This document shows, in pieces, positions 11,991 to 29,891 of a DNA stretch of 64,000 nt. The notes beneath the pieces were generated by a model. The model had not been told where the DNA came from. It searched no databases and saw nothing but the letters and a program-made list of their open reading frames with translations. This DNA comes from Prorocentrum cordatum (Eukaryota), in the NCBI GenBank assembly GCA_963575745.1, contig CAUYUJ010000026.1, positions 1-64,000 on the forward strand, in the 5' to 3' direction. Position numbers and translations under genes: made by a program. Each line of letters opens with the position of its first letter. The stretch's first letter is position 1.

Positions 11991-14030
11991 GTGGACACTC
12001 GAGGTTACCCAGAGATCACCCTCTTCAGCATCAAATTCAGGAAGCCACGAACGCCAGAGACTGAACCCGACCCTAGCCTCCGTCATGCCTTGGGAGTTCA
12101 CCTCGTGGGTCTCCAACACAAGCTTCAAGCTAAGAAGCATCATGGAAACATCTCTTACCTACTGAAGCAAGGACGGGTGGATAGTTGTTATCGACGAGGT
12201 GTGGTCAAAGCTTTGAAGACGACGAGCGGGGAGCTTATCACGGACGTTGACGAGATGAGGGAGGAGTTGGAGACGTTTTACGAGGTCCTTTTTCACCGAT
12301 GGTGTCAGAGACGGCCAACTCCCGTCATGGGAGTGGCAGCAGTGGTCACGGGAGGACGCGGCGAACCTCCCGCGCAAGTTGAGCGCTGCACTCCTCCGCT
12401 CCTGTCTGTCTAGGATGAAGCGAGGCAACTCATGCTCGAGAAACGATTGCGTGGTAGGGGGATGATTCAAAACTTGAGTAACGACACGCTTGACTTGCTG
12501 AGCCAGATTTTCTTGCTGCGCCTCATTAGGCACCCCAATGAGCAGAATGACCGCGTTTTTGCACGGCACCAAGTCACGCTAACAGCCAAGTTCCAGGGAG
12601 CCTGTCGAGTCACGGACTTCCGACCGATGGCCCTCTTTTGCATCCTGAAATTGTATTCGATGTGCGTGGGAGCTCTCATCGATTTCCACGACTGTGAGCT
12701 CTCAGCTGCCCAGTTCGCTTTCAGGGGCTTCCAGGTCCACGAGGTCGTAGCGTCAACGAGAGTTTTGATCGATAAAGCGAAAGAGCACCAGTAACGTTTC
12801 TACATGGGAACCATGGACTTCCACAAAGCCTACGACCACGTTCCCCATATGAAGATCATCAGAAACCATCGCAGGAGGGGGATCCGTAAGATCATCACCG
12901 CGGCCTGGCTCCGAGAGATCCGTGGGGGCGCCCCTGGGCTACTCCTACCAGGACTGCCTGCGACACGGGCTGTACCTAGGACCCGCTCATTGCTGCAAGG
13001 AGATCCAGAGGCTCCCTATCAGTTTTCTCTTTACGCAGATGGTGCTGTGCGTGATTTAGAAGCTAGACGTGTATCGGAGGGGTGGGGATATCCACTACAG
13101 GAGGAAGACTTGGAGGTCATGAGACAGAACGAGCGGAGAGGGAACGAGCTCAAGGTGGATCACCTCAGCCTGCTTCTGTTTGCCGACAACTGTTTTATCT
13201 CTGCTACCTCGGTGGCCATGTTGATTCAGATGATGACGGCATGTCACGACATCATCAGTAAGTACGCGGTAGTGGTCCGGCACGACGAGTGCTATTGGAT
13301 CACCGCGGCGTCTGCCACCAGCCAGATGAAAGTACAGCTCCCCGAATGTACTCTGGAACGAATCCCCCGAAGTACAGGTATCAATATGTCGGGCGCCCAT
13401 GTCTCCTTTGACGGCAGTGCGAGCTCCGTGCGTGGTCTACCTTCACCAAGAACCGTGCGTCACTTTGCGTACAAAGGGCCCGTCTACGACAAAGGCTAGC
13501 GCTCGACAGGACTGCGGGCCGCAGCGTTCCATTGTTTCGGTACCCTCCTTCTCACCCGCCAGCATCTGAGCCAAATCAAGGCCATTCAGAGTATAATGGT
13601 TCGATATAAGTTCAAGATCCCTGGGCGCGACCAAGAGGATATTTCCGAGTACGTGAGAGAGGTCCACCGTCGCGTCCAACAAAAACCTTCCAGGATCACG
13701 ATTCCCGTACCTGGGACCATTAGATTTTGCTGCTTAACCATTCTTGGGCGGGCCACCTGGTTCGTATGAGCTCTTATGATGCACGACGCTGGCTTCACAG
13801 GCTTTCCCCAACAAGAGCTTCAAGTATTTGAAACACCGTGAGGGCGTCATTGGATCCCAGGGCCACCGGAGGAACTTCCATGCATTGCGGTGGGAGAAGC
13901 AGTTTTACCAGTTTTTCGCCACGCGCGACTGGCACCAGTATGCCTTGCAGCTCGAGGAATGGCAGACCTACTCCGAGGAATGGCTGCGCTGGAGACTCGC
14001 GGACATGGGTGCTCAGAAAGGAAAAACCTC
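11991..14030 (+). pseudogene. Non-LTR reverse transcriptase, fragmented by stops and frameshifts
   Basis: FRPMAL..LKLY, QFAFR, MDFHKAYDHV, LLQGDP, LLFADN, and a downstream WAGHLVR-like motif near 13745. Confidence 0.88.
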
Positions 14031-14329
14031 AGGACGGGGGGAAGGGGGGCAGCTGGGTGTACCTACAGATGACCGAATTCGCCAAACAGCAGGCCGCCCT
14101 GTCCTTGGGGAATCGTTGCTCGATTTCGCCAGCCCTTTTCCGCACACTACCGCTTTTCAAATCGATATCTCCGCAAGCTGGGTTCAGCTTATCATTCTGG
14201 GTTCTTCTCTTTGCTATTTGTTTCCCTTTCGCCAGATCTTTTTTCTTCCCCACCTACGGTCGATGTGACGGCTGGTGGTGGCGCTTCTGAGTCGTGTGGA
14301 TCTCGGGAACCCGTCTTTAAGAGCGTGTC

Positions 14330-14330
14330 G

Positions 14331-14390
<60 letters not shown>

Positions 14391-14418
14391 ACATCATCAT
14401 CATCAGCATCAGCATGAG

Positions 14419-14450
<32 letters not shown>

Positions 14451-14451
14451 A

Positions 14452-14534
<83 letters not shown>

Positions 14535-14580
14535 CCACCACCATCATCATCACCACCACCACCATCACCATCATCGTCAT
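14330..14580. repeat. (CAT)n microsatellite
   Basis: Direct reading. Confidence 0.97.
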
Positions 14581-14822
14581 TCCATCGGCCAGGGCCCTGG
14601 TGTCACCGTTCCGAGTGCCGAGTGCCGAGTGATGATGATGTCGTTGCCGCTGCCGCTGCCGCTGGCGCTGCCGCATCCATCGGCGCCGTCGGCCCTGCCC
14701 CCTGGGCCAGGCCGGCGCGGCGCGGGCGACGGGTGCCGTGGACCCCGCAGGCTCGCCCCGGGTGGCTTCTCCGCCCCCCCCCCCGCAGGGTGGAGGTCAG
14801 GGGCAACGTTTCAGTCGGACTT

Positions 14823-15024
14823 TCGGCGGCGAGCGAGGGGGGGAAGTGAGAAGGAGAAGGCCTTCTCAGAAGGTGGCGGGCCTCTTCAGAAGCCCTCGCG
14901 CCTTCTGGGAGGTGTTCCGTGTCTCCTGTGGAAGGTGGAGGACATTTTTCAGAAGGCCAGGGGGCTTCCGCGCCTTCTGAAAAAGGCCTCCTCCTTCTCA
15001 CTTCCCCCCCTCGCTCGCCGCCGA
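14823..15024. mobile_element. Palindromic MITE-like element of ~200 bp
   Basis: ~42-bp inverted arms tcggcggcgagcgagggggggaagtgagaaggagaaggcctt / aaggcctcctccttctcacttccccccctcgctcgccgccga; no TSD recognised. Confidence 0.7.
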
Positions 15025-17264
15025 TTTTTGTTGGGGACTCGGGGTGGCTTCCATCAGCTGCTTCTCGTCGAGAGCGTTCTGGCCGCAGGAAGGCCCGAGT
15101 TACGGTCGGAAGTTTTAGCTCAGCGTGTCGCGCCGCCAGCCAGTTCTGGTCCACCACGCTGCGGCGCGACACGCTGTGCACTTCGCGCAAGCCCCAGGCA
15201 TCACGTTCAGAGCCTTTGCCAGCATCCCATCCTGCTGAACGGAGCGACGCGCTATCAGCTCGCAGGGTGCAGTGTGTCGCCCGGGCCGCCGCCGCGACAC
15301 GCTGAGCAACACTTCCCGACCGCATGACCCGGGAGCCAGACGACAAGGATCGCCAGGGGTGTCCCCTCGGACGCCGTCAGCGATTTCCTGGAGGCTGACG
15401 GGGGGGGACGGGGGAAAACAGAAAAAGAGAGAGAGAGAGAGAAACCTCAGCCACACTTCAGAAGGACCTTTCGCCAGAATGGCCCGTGCACGGCTCGTGA
15501 TGGCTCGGAGCCAGCATTCGCGCCCTTCGTCCATCCAGGCATCGGAGGCCCAGGGTGTTCGCGGTTCGGTCGGTTCGGCTGCGTCGCAGTCGGCTGCGTT
15601 CAGTCGTTCCGATTCGGTCGGTTGCTGCGTCGCCGCGCCCTTCCAGGCGTCTTTCGGCCTGTCGGTTAGGGTCGGTTCCAGCTTCGCTGTCGGTTCGGTC
15701 GGCTTTCAGTTCTGCTGTCGCCGTGTGCGCCTGTGGGGTTCGCGGCGCGCAGGTGCGGGTGCCGCGAGGGGGAATGCCTTCGGATAGGGCATGGGCAGGT
15801 GGCCTCTTCAAGAGGCTCGGGGGCTTCTAGGATTATGATGCTCCAACCTACTGTAGCCTTGATCGCCAGAAAATATTCTGAGAACGGGGAACGTACCGAC
15901 ACTGGAGGGTTTTCACTTGTCGGGCCCTGGGAGGCGATACTCTCTCGACACTTCGCCGCCAGCGTGTCGGACAGGCACTGTTTCGATATTCCTCTGGGTG
16001 CTCGAACTTCTTTCTGGGATGTGGTCCTCAAGTGCGATAGGAACATACTTCTGGGAGGGCTTCTGAGAAGGCAGGAGGGCTTCTAAGAAGCCCCCCCCGC
16101 CTCCTCAGAAGACCCCCCCCTTCGCCCCACCTCCATCGGCGCGCCGCCAATGGGAGGGACGGGACTGGTGGAAGGCGGTGGGGGGCGAGTCAGGAGGGGC
16201 AAAGCATGCAGACACAATGAATGGTCGACTCCCAGGAAAATATGAGAAAATATGGGAACTGGGAGGGGAGAGAGACGACAACGCAGAAAGCATTGGAGAA
16301 TATGGGAAACCCTGGGATTTGTGTCTACTTCTTTGTGTGCCCTTGAGCCCCTTCATTGAGGGAAGGCGACGAGGGTGAGGAGGAGGAGGAGGAGGAGGAG
16401 GAGGAGGAGGAGGAGGAGGAGGGCTGCGGAGGGGAGGGGAGGGGCATTCGACCCGCTCCCCTTGCGAGAGGCAGAAAGACGAGACTGCGTTTGGTGTCGG
16501 AGGTGAAGATCGCAGACGAATGCTATGTTTCAGTCTGTAAAGTTGCAGAACGAGGCTGGCCGTCAATCACTGTTCTGGATTCCGCGACATGGATCTCTAG
16601 GACTTGCCTGTACTGCGTACGATCAAAGATATGGTCCAGCGGATTGTGACCGCTTGGTTTATTCATGGTGCACTGGCCCTACATGGATTGATGTTGCAAT
16701 TTGTTTGACAGCTCAAGACCTCGATCTCCAAGGCGGTACGCGAATACAGTGCGTCCGAGACTGCGTGTTTGACAACGTTGGCGCCGATGGCAGTGTCCAG
16801 CCCCAGCGCGTCCAGGCCTACATCATCATCCGAGCCTTCGGGGCTACGGCCCACCCACGGGCCGGGGCCGCACCCTGTGCGTGCAGGGTGGCCTCGTCTC
16901 TCCATGTCGTCTCCCTGCGAGAGGCAGGAGGAGGAAGAGGAGAATGAGGAGCGTGATGAGGAGGAGGAGGAGGTGGAGGAGGTGGAGGAGGAGGAGGAGG
17001 AGGAGGAGGAGGAGGAGGAGGAGGAGGAAGGGATGGAGCGACTTCTCTTCCTTTCTCACCTCCTCTTTTCCCCCTTGTCGCGGTCGTGTCACCGACCTGG
17101 CCTCTGCAACCTCTCAAGCGCCCAGGGCGGTGCATCCATATTCCCTTGTGCGGGGCTCGGTGTTTGATCGGACCCTGCGGCCGCTGCTGCAGCCGTCTTC
17201 CCTTTTTGGCGCCGTCCTGGTGACCCACCTGGACGCTCGCTCGCTCGCTCGCTCCCTTATCGCA

Positions 17265-17345
17265 TTCGTCGCGGTCGTCGCGATCGTCGCCGTCGCCGCC
17301 GCCGTCCGTCGTGCCCACCGCCGCCGCCACCGCCGCCGCCGCCGT

Positions 17346-17410
<65 letters not shown>

Positions 17411-17432
17411 CCGCCCTCGTCGTCAGCTCCGC

Positions 17433-17463
<31 letters not shown>

Positions 17464-17512
17464 TTCCTCGTCTTCGTCGTCGTCGTCGGCGTCGCCGCCG
17501 CCGCCGCCGCGA
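17265..17512. repeat. (GTC)n/(GCC)n simple repeat
   Basis: Direct reading. Confidence 0.9.
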
Positions 17513-17873
17513 GGCGAGGCGGGCGTGCGACACGCGTTCCACAAGGCCTGGGGCAGCTCCTCCTGGCAGCTGCAGGGCCTCTGCCGGTGCGCGCCCGTCG
17601 CCAGGATCCGCCTCCGCCGTCGCCGACGTCGCCATCGACGTCGTCGTCCGTGTCATCGCCTCTTCCGTCCTCCTCCGTCCTTTCCGCCTGCCTCCTCCTC
17701 CCTTCTTTCCTCCTCCTCTTCCTCCTCCTCCTCCTCTGCCTCCTCCTCTCTGTATCCGCTCGTCCTCTGGTCTCTCTGCCTCTATGTCTGTGTGCGTGCG
17801 TCGACTCTCCCGCTTTCCGCTCTTTGACCTTCTACGCCTCGACCCTGCGCGCGAGGCCGCGACGCCAACAAGA

Positions 17874-17892
17874 GTATGTGTGTGTATGTGTC

Positions 17893-17925
<33 letters not shown>

Positions 17926-17949
17926 AAGCATGTGCGTGTGTGTGTGTGT

Positions 17950-17987
<38 letters not shown>

Positions 17988-18117
17988 TTGTTTGTTTGTG
18001 TGTTTATGCTTTCGTGTGTGTGTATGTGTGTGTGTGTGTGCGTGCGTGTGACTGTGTGTGCGTGCGTGTGCGTGCGTGTGCGTGTGTGCGTGCGTGCGTG
18101 CGTTCGTGCGCGTGTGC

Positions 18118-18157
<40 letters not shown>

Positions 18158-18241
18158 GGGTGTGTGTTTGTGTGTGTGTGTGTGCGTGTGTGTGTGTGTT
18201 GTGCCCGCGCATGTGTGTGTATGTGTGTCTGTGTGTGCGTG
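17874..18241. repeat. (GT)n/(GCGT)n microsatellite
   Basis: Direct reading. Confidence 0.97.
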
Positions 18242-18349
18242 GGTTGGCCGCTTGAAAGACTTCCGCGCTTGCCAGACAAAGAACAGTTTCCCTGTATCTC
18301 TGTCTATCTTCACCTCTCTCTCTCACGTTCGGAAGAGTGGTCTCATCAT

Positions 18350-18365
18350 TAGTAGTGGTAGTAGT

Positions 18366-18401
<36 letters not shown>

Positions 18402-18557
18402 CGTACTAGTGGTAGTAGAAGTAGTAGTATTAGTAGGCGAAGTCGGATTGTTAGTCAAAGTAGTAGACGAAGTAGTACTAGTAGAAGTAGTAGTAGCAGT
18501 AGTAGTAGTAATAGTAGTAGTAGTAGTAGTAGTAGTAGTCGTATTACTAGTAGTAGT

Positions 18558-18589
<32 letters not shown>

Positions 18590-18629
18590 TAGTAGTCGTC
18601 GTCGTCGTCGTCGTAGTAGAAGTAGTGGC

Positions 18630-18673
<44 letters not shown>

Positions 18674-18703
18674 TAGTAGCAGTAGTAGTAGTAGTAGTGG
18701 TAG

Positions 18704-18767
<64 letters not shown>

Positions 18768-18819
18768 CGTAGTAGTAGACGGCGTAGTAGTAGTAATCGT
18801 CGTCGTCGTCGTCGTTGTC

Positions 18820-18866
<47 letters not shown>

Positions 18867-18883
18867 CGTAGTCGTAGCGGTAT

Positions 18884-18972
<89 letters not shown>

Positions 18973-18996
18973 ATAGTAGTATTAGTTGTAGTAGTG

Positions 18997-19031
<35 letters not shown>

Positions 19032-19117
19032 CGTAGTAGTAGTAGTAGTAGTAGTAGTACTAGTGCGCACGCAGTCGTAGTAGTAGTGGTAGTAGTAGTA
19101 GTCGTAGTAGTCGTCGC

Positions 19118-19179
<62 letters not shown>

Positions 19180-19239
19180 AAGTAGTACTAGTAGTCGTCG
19201 CAGTAGTAGTAGTAGTGGTAGTAGCAGTAGTAGTGGTAC

Positions 19240-19302
<63 letters not shown>

Positions 19303-19319
19303 AGTCGTAGTAGAGTAGC

Positions 19320-19399
<80 letters not shown>

Positions 19400-19442
19400 T
19401 AGTAGTAGTAGTAGTACAGTAGTAGTAGTAGTAGTAGTAGTA

Positions 19443-19516
<74 letters not shown>

Positions 19517-19539
19517 CTAGTAGTAGTAGTAGTAGTAGC

Positions 19540-19610
<71 letters not shown>

Positions 19611-19918
19611 CAGGAGTATAGTAAGTAGTAATAGTAGTAGTAGTAGTAGTAGTCGTAGTAGTAGTAGAGTAATCATCGTAGTAAGTAGACGGCTTAGTCA
19701 AGTAGTATTCTCATTTAGGTATAAGTGGTAGTAATAATAGTGTAAGTAGTAGGGAGTATCGTAAGTAGTAGTATCGTTTACAGTCCGTATGTCCGTAGTA
19801 GGTACAGTCTAAGTAGTAGTAGTAGTAGTAGCAGTAGCGTAGTAGAAGTCGTAGTAGTAGTAGTAGTAGTAGTAGTAGTCGTAGTCGTAGTAGTAGTCGT
19901 AACTACGCTAAGTTAAGT

Positions 19919-19970
<52 letters not shown>

Positions 19971-19985
19971 CGTAAGTAAGTAAGT

Positions 19986-20072
<87 letters not shown>

Positions 20073-20108
20073 TAGTGGTAGTAGAAGTAGAAGTAGTAGT
20101 AGTAGTAT

Positions 20109-20155
<47 letters not shown>

Positions 20156-20451
20156 TTATAGTAGTAGTAGTAGTAAGTAGTAAGTAAGTATACGTAGAAG
20201 TAAAGTAATAGTAGTAATAATTTAATAGTAATAATAATATTAGTAATAAATAGTAGTATATAATGTAGTAGTAGTCAGAGTAGTAGGAGTAGTAGTAGTA
20301 GTAGTATTACAGTCGTAGTCGTGTAGGTACAGTAAGTAGTCGTTAGTAAAGTAGTAGTAAGTAGTAGTAGGCAGTAGTAGAAGTCGTATTAGAGGTAGTA
20401 GTAGTAAGAGTAGTATAGTCGTAGTAGTAGTAAGTAGTAGTAGTAGTAGTC

Positions 20452-20503
<52 letters not shown>

Positions 20504-20581
20504 TAGTAGTAGTAGTAGTAGTAACCGTAGTAGTAGCAGTAGTAGTAAGTTAGAGTAGTAGTAGTAGTCGTAGTCGTAGTC

Positions 20582-20643
<62 letters not shown>

Positions 20644-20644
20644 C

Positions 20645-20704
<60 letters not shown>

Positions 20705-20803
20705 ATAGTAGTAGTAGAAGTAGAAGTAATAGTAGTAGTAATAATAATAGTAGTAATAGTAATAATAGTAGTAGTAATAATAATGGTAGTAGTAGTAGTC
20801 GTC

Positions 20804-20838
<35 letters not shown>
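18350..20838. repeat. (TAG)n field with a (TAAG)n patch near 19913-19990
   Basis: Direct reading. Confidence 0.97.
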
Positions 20839-20944
20839 TGTCTTCAGGGGTGCCCGGAGCTAGTGCGCCCCCCCCGATCTTCTTCCTCCTCTTCTGAGTC
20901 CCTGCTCTTTGAATGCTCCCATCCATAGCCTTTTTTATTTCTTC

Positions 20945-21330
20945 TGCGCTGAGGTCCTTTCTGACCGTCGCAGTCTCCCCTGTGTACGTGTACTTGCGCG
21001 CCTTGGCCTCCGCGTAAATTACTTCCCAATTCTGAATGCTATTCTCGCCAAGGAACCATAGCAACTGATCGACCACCTTCAGGATGGCTGCTCGCTGCGC
21101 CTCCGTTGGCGCCCCTGGTGCCCCGGGGCGCTCCGCCCCAGCCGGCTGGGCAGCAGGCTCCACCGAGCCCATGCCCACGCCAAGGTAGTTTAAGAGCACA
21201 GCAATCACCCAGCACCAGTCCCGGGCAACCTCTGGGTCCACGCCGCGCTCCGCGGCGTCCTGTGCGCCCTGGGCAGCCACGAGCGCCTCCGGGAGCGGCA
21301 GCAGACCTCCGCGACCTTGTTTGCGCCCCC
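20945..21330 (-). pseudogene. Antisense coding fragment inside the YR element, probably an inverted piece of the pre-RT region
   Basis: Protein-like translation WCWVIAVLLNYL...KARKYTYTGETATVRKDLSAEEI; assignment to the pre-RT region is from recollection of related elements. Confidence 0.45.
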
Positions 21331-21588
21331 AGTTGGGGTTAAGTGCTGCAACTCGACAAAAAACGACCGAGGTCCGTAGGGAGAGATGCGAGAGCCTCCC
21401 GAAGCCACCCCCCGAGACGCCCAGCTGACAACGAGAAGGCGAATAATGACGACGACGAGTGCATCCGCGAGCTGCCGGAGGCCTTCGTGCAAGCTTACGC
21501 TGATGTGGTACACCATGTCTTCCAGGAGCTGGAAGGTAAGCTTTGCCCCCAGGAACCCGGATTGCAGCGCTCGTGGTTGTAACACCAG

Positions 21589-22129
21589 TTGCGCTCCGCC
21601 ACGGACCGGATGGCGGAGGAGCAGGTCAATGACAGCGTCGTCGCGGAGATCGCCGCCATGATTGAGGGGATGCAGGCTGGCCAGGAGACGGCCCATCTGG
21701 AAGCGCTCGTGCGGCGTATCGACCACCGAGGCTCGGACGTCCAACTGGTGCGGGGAGCTCGACAAAGCTTCGCGCCAGCTGGCGCCCTGCCCGGCATTCC
21801 ACTGCGAGTGGCGCACAGTTGCGGCATATGGATGGAAAGTGCCGCAACACATCTCGGTCCTCGATGTGGTGGCCTTCCTCAACCACATTATCGAAGCGTC
21901 GCAGCACAAGAGGTTCATCAGTAAACGGTTTTTCCATGTAGTTGACAGTCAGGTAGCAGCAGTGGTACTCACTAAAGGCCGGTCGTCTTCCCGAGCCTTG
22001 CACATCAAACTTCGAAAAGTGACTGGCATTCTGCTGGCGGGCAATTTGTACCCCTTGGTCGTTTGGACTCTCTCAGGGTGGAACTATGCAGATGGGCCGA
22101 GCCGCGTTCGGCCGTCAAGCACATGGTAA
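21589..22129 (+). pseudogene. DIRS-type RNase H-like domain (3' end of pol), frameshifted near 21780
   Basis: RRIDHRGSDVQL, then W..PQHISVLD, HVVDSQV, KGRSSSRAL, WTLSGWNYADGPSR. Confidence 0.75.
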
Positions 22130-23101
22130 AGTCCATAAGGAAGTCCAAAAAGAGGGCCGGCGACCCCAAGGTGAAATTGCATTTGAAAGAAATTGGAATT
22201 GCTGCAGCCACGAAAGACCGCTACCGGAACGCAGTGCGTTTGTTTTTCGAATACTTGGACGAATGGAACAGACCCTTGCCCACTACTACGGAAGACTTGG
22301 ATTACGAACTCTCTGAATACCTCAACCATTTTCTGGATGGATGATCCACCAGAAGGACTGGCAGGGGACACGATATCCAGTGCGAGCAGGTTTCTACCCC
22401 AGGCCAGAAGCCATCCGCCAACTAGTGCTTTTTATTTCCGAAACTGGAGGGGCACAGTGCAGCGGACGCGCGCACTGCCCATCACGCCGCTTATGGTCCA
22501 AGTCTTGGCTGGCGCAGCCTATGCTTTGCAGAGCATCTCATTTGTGGCGGCCCTTTTGGTGGGCTACGTGTGTCTCTTACGGACGGGGGAGGTACTGACA
22601 TTGCAATTTTCCGACATTGTTCACCACGGAGCCCCGAAGGGAACCCTCATAATTCTTCGCGGCGCCAAAATTGGGCAAAGGTTCGATATCACAGAAAAGG
22701 TGTGGGTGTACGATAAGGACGTGATCAACGCCCTCCACATCGCGCGCCAGGAAGTGAAAGGACCCAAGCTTTTCCCAGGGACGGCCGCCCAGTTCAACGA
22801 CACGCCCCGCGACCTGGGGCGCCGCGTGGGGTTGCCAACGCACCAGCTTACGGGTTGCGCTCTACGCCGCGGCGGTGCCACGTGGCATTTCTTGAAGTAT
22901 GGCCACCCGAGCAAGACAACCGTCCACGGGAGATGGAGTCAAGAAAAGACCGCAAGAATCTACATTGATGGGGCACTGGCCCAACAGACCGAATATGCGC
23001 TATCCACATCCTCGCGGAGGGTGCTGGAAACAGGGGCCTCGGTGGCCAAAGAGTTGCTCCGCTGTCCCCCCGGGCGCGCCGCCCGCTTGCTGGCGCAGTG
23101 A
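22123..23101 (+). pseudogene. Tyrosine recombinase, one frameshift near 22335
   Basis: N-terminal IAAATKDRYRNAV; catalytic motifs LLRTGE (R), GAK (K), CALRRGGAT (R), HGRW, ARIYID (Y); ATG overlaps the RNase H stop region. Confidence 0.9.
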
Positions 23102-24050
23102 GCAATCGCGGGGACGCGGGTCCTAACAGGCGCCCCGCCTGTTGGCGCGGTTAGCAGGCGGGTGCGGGGGGTTCCCCGGGGTGCAATCCATGCTCGTGGA
23201 GCGTGTTTTCGCCAGCGGTTTGGACGAAACGCTGTCCCCTGATAGGTCGGGGGCGCTCCTCTCGGGAGGGCGCAGACACTGCTGGGGCGCGGAGCGTGGC
23301 GTTCTGCAGGCTGGGGGCCGGCCACGGCAACCAAGCAAGGCTTGGGGGCTCTCTAAGGAGGGGGTCTTCTGGCAGGACCCACATAGTGTCTTGACACTTC
23401 GCACCCGACTCTCCGCTCCCCCAGGCGCTTGGGGGGCTGCGCGGAAGGGTGTTGGGGAGTGCGCGGCATGGCAGAGTGCCAGTCGGCGCAAGGCCCAGCA
23501 GCGAGGGCCTCACTGAGGAGTGGGGGCCACGCTGCCCCTCGGAGCGAGGGTCGCGGACCAGGGCCCTCGGAGCGGGGATCCACGGAGGGGTCGTGCGGGA
23601 GGCGTGCCCCCAGGCACGACCGCGCAAGCGACCTCGTGCAGAAGCAACGAGATAACGATGGGAAGTCAGGAGGGAATTTGAGCACTTGTCTTCAGGGGTG
23701 CCCGGAGCTAGTGCGCAACCCCCCCGATCGCGTTCCTCCTCTTCTGAGTCCCTGCTCTTTGCGTCCTCCCATCCATCGCCTTTTTATTTCTCCTCCACGA
23801 CCCCACCACCTCCCGAGGGGGAGTGCGCGGCATGGCAGAATGCCAGTCGGCGCAAGGCCCAGCAGCGAGGGCCTCACTGAGGAGTGGGGGCCACGCTGCC
23901 CCTCGGAGCGAAGGTGGCGGACCAGGGCCCTCGGAGCGGGGATCCACGGAGGGGTCGTGCGGGAGGCGTGCCCCCGGGCACGACCGCGCAAGCGACCTCG
24001 TGCAGCAGCAAAGGGAAAACGATGGGAAGTAAGGAGGGAATGTGAGCACT

Positions 24051-29712
<5,662 letters not shown>

Positions 29713-29791
29713 CTTGTTTGGATTATTCATATTATTCGTTTCGTTTCCCAATCAGAGCCTGCCTCCGTAGGGGTCCTGGCGGAGTCATTTG

Positions 29792-29803
29792 TTTTGGCTC
29801 AAG
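29792..29803 (+). other. Relic of the dinoflagellate spliced leader (3' 12 nt)
   Basis: ttttggctcaag equals the 3' end of DCCGTAGCCATTTTGGCTCAAG; lies 3 nt inside the left TSD and 88 nt before an ATG. Confidence 0.8.
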
Positions 29804-29891
29804 CTTTTTTTATCTTCTAGCTTGAAGTTGGACGTGGGCGTGGTGTAGCGAAGGCTCGGCGGCTAGATCGACCTAGGCTTCCTCGGCGACC

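Larger units (their letters stand above)
20839..24050 (+). mobile_element. Tyrosine-recombinase (DIRS-order, Ngaro/PAT-type termini) retrotransposon, internally deleted and rearranged
   Basis: Split direct repeats A1 20839-~20945, B1 23454-23686, A2 23687-~23793, B2 23818-24050; RNase H-like and YR coding regions; no TSD. Confidence 0.9.

Noticed and set aside
14275..15327. Poly-His ORF
   Set aside because: (CAT)n microsatellite plus palindromic repeat
16700..16900. Possible host exon after ttgacag
   Set aside because: No recognisable homology or partner exons; cannot be supported without transcripts
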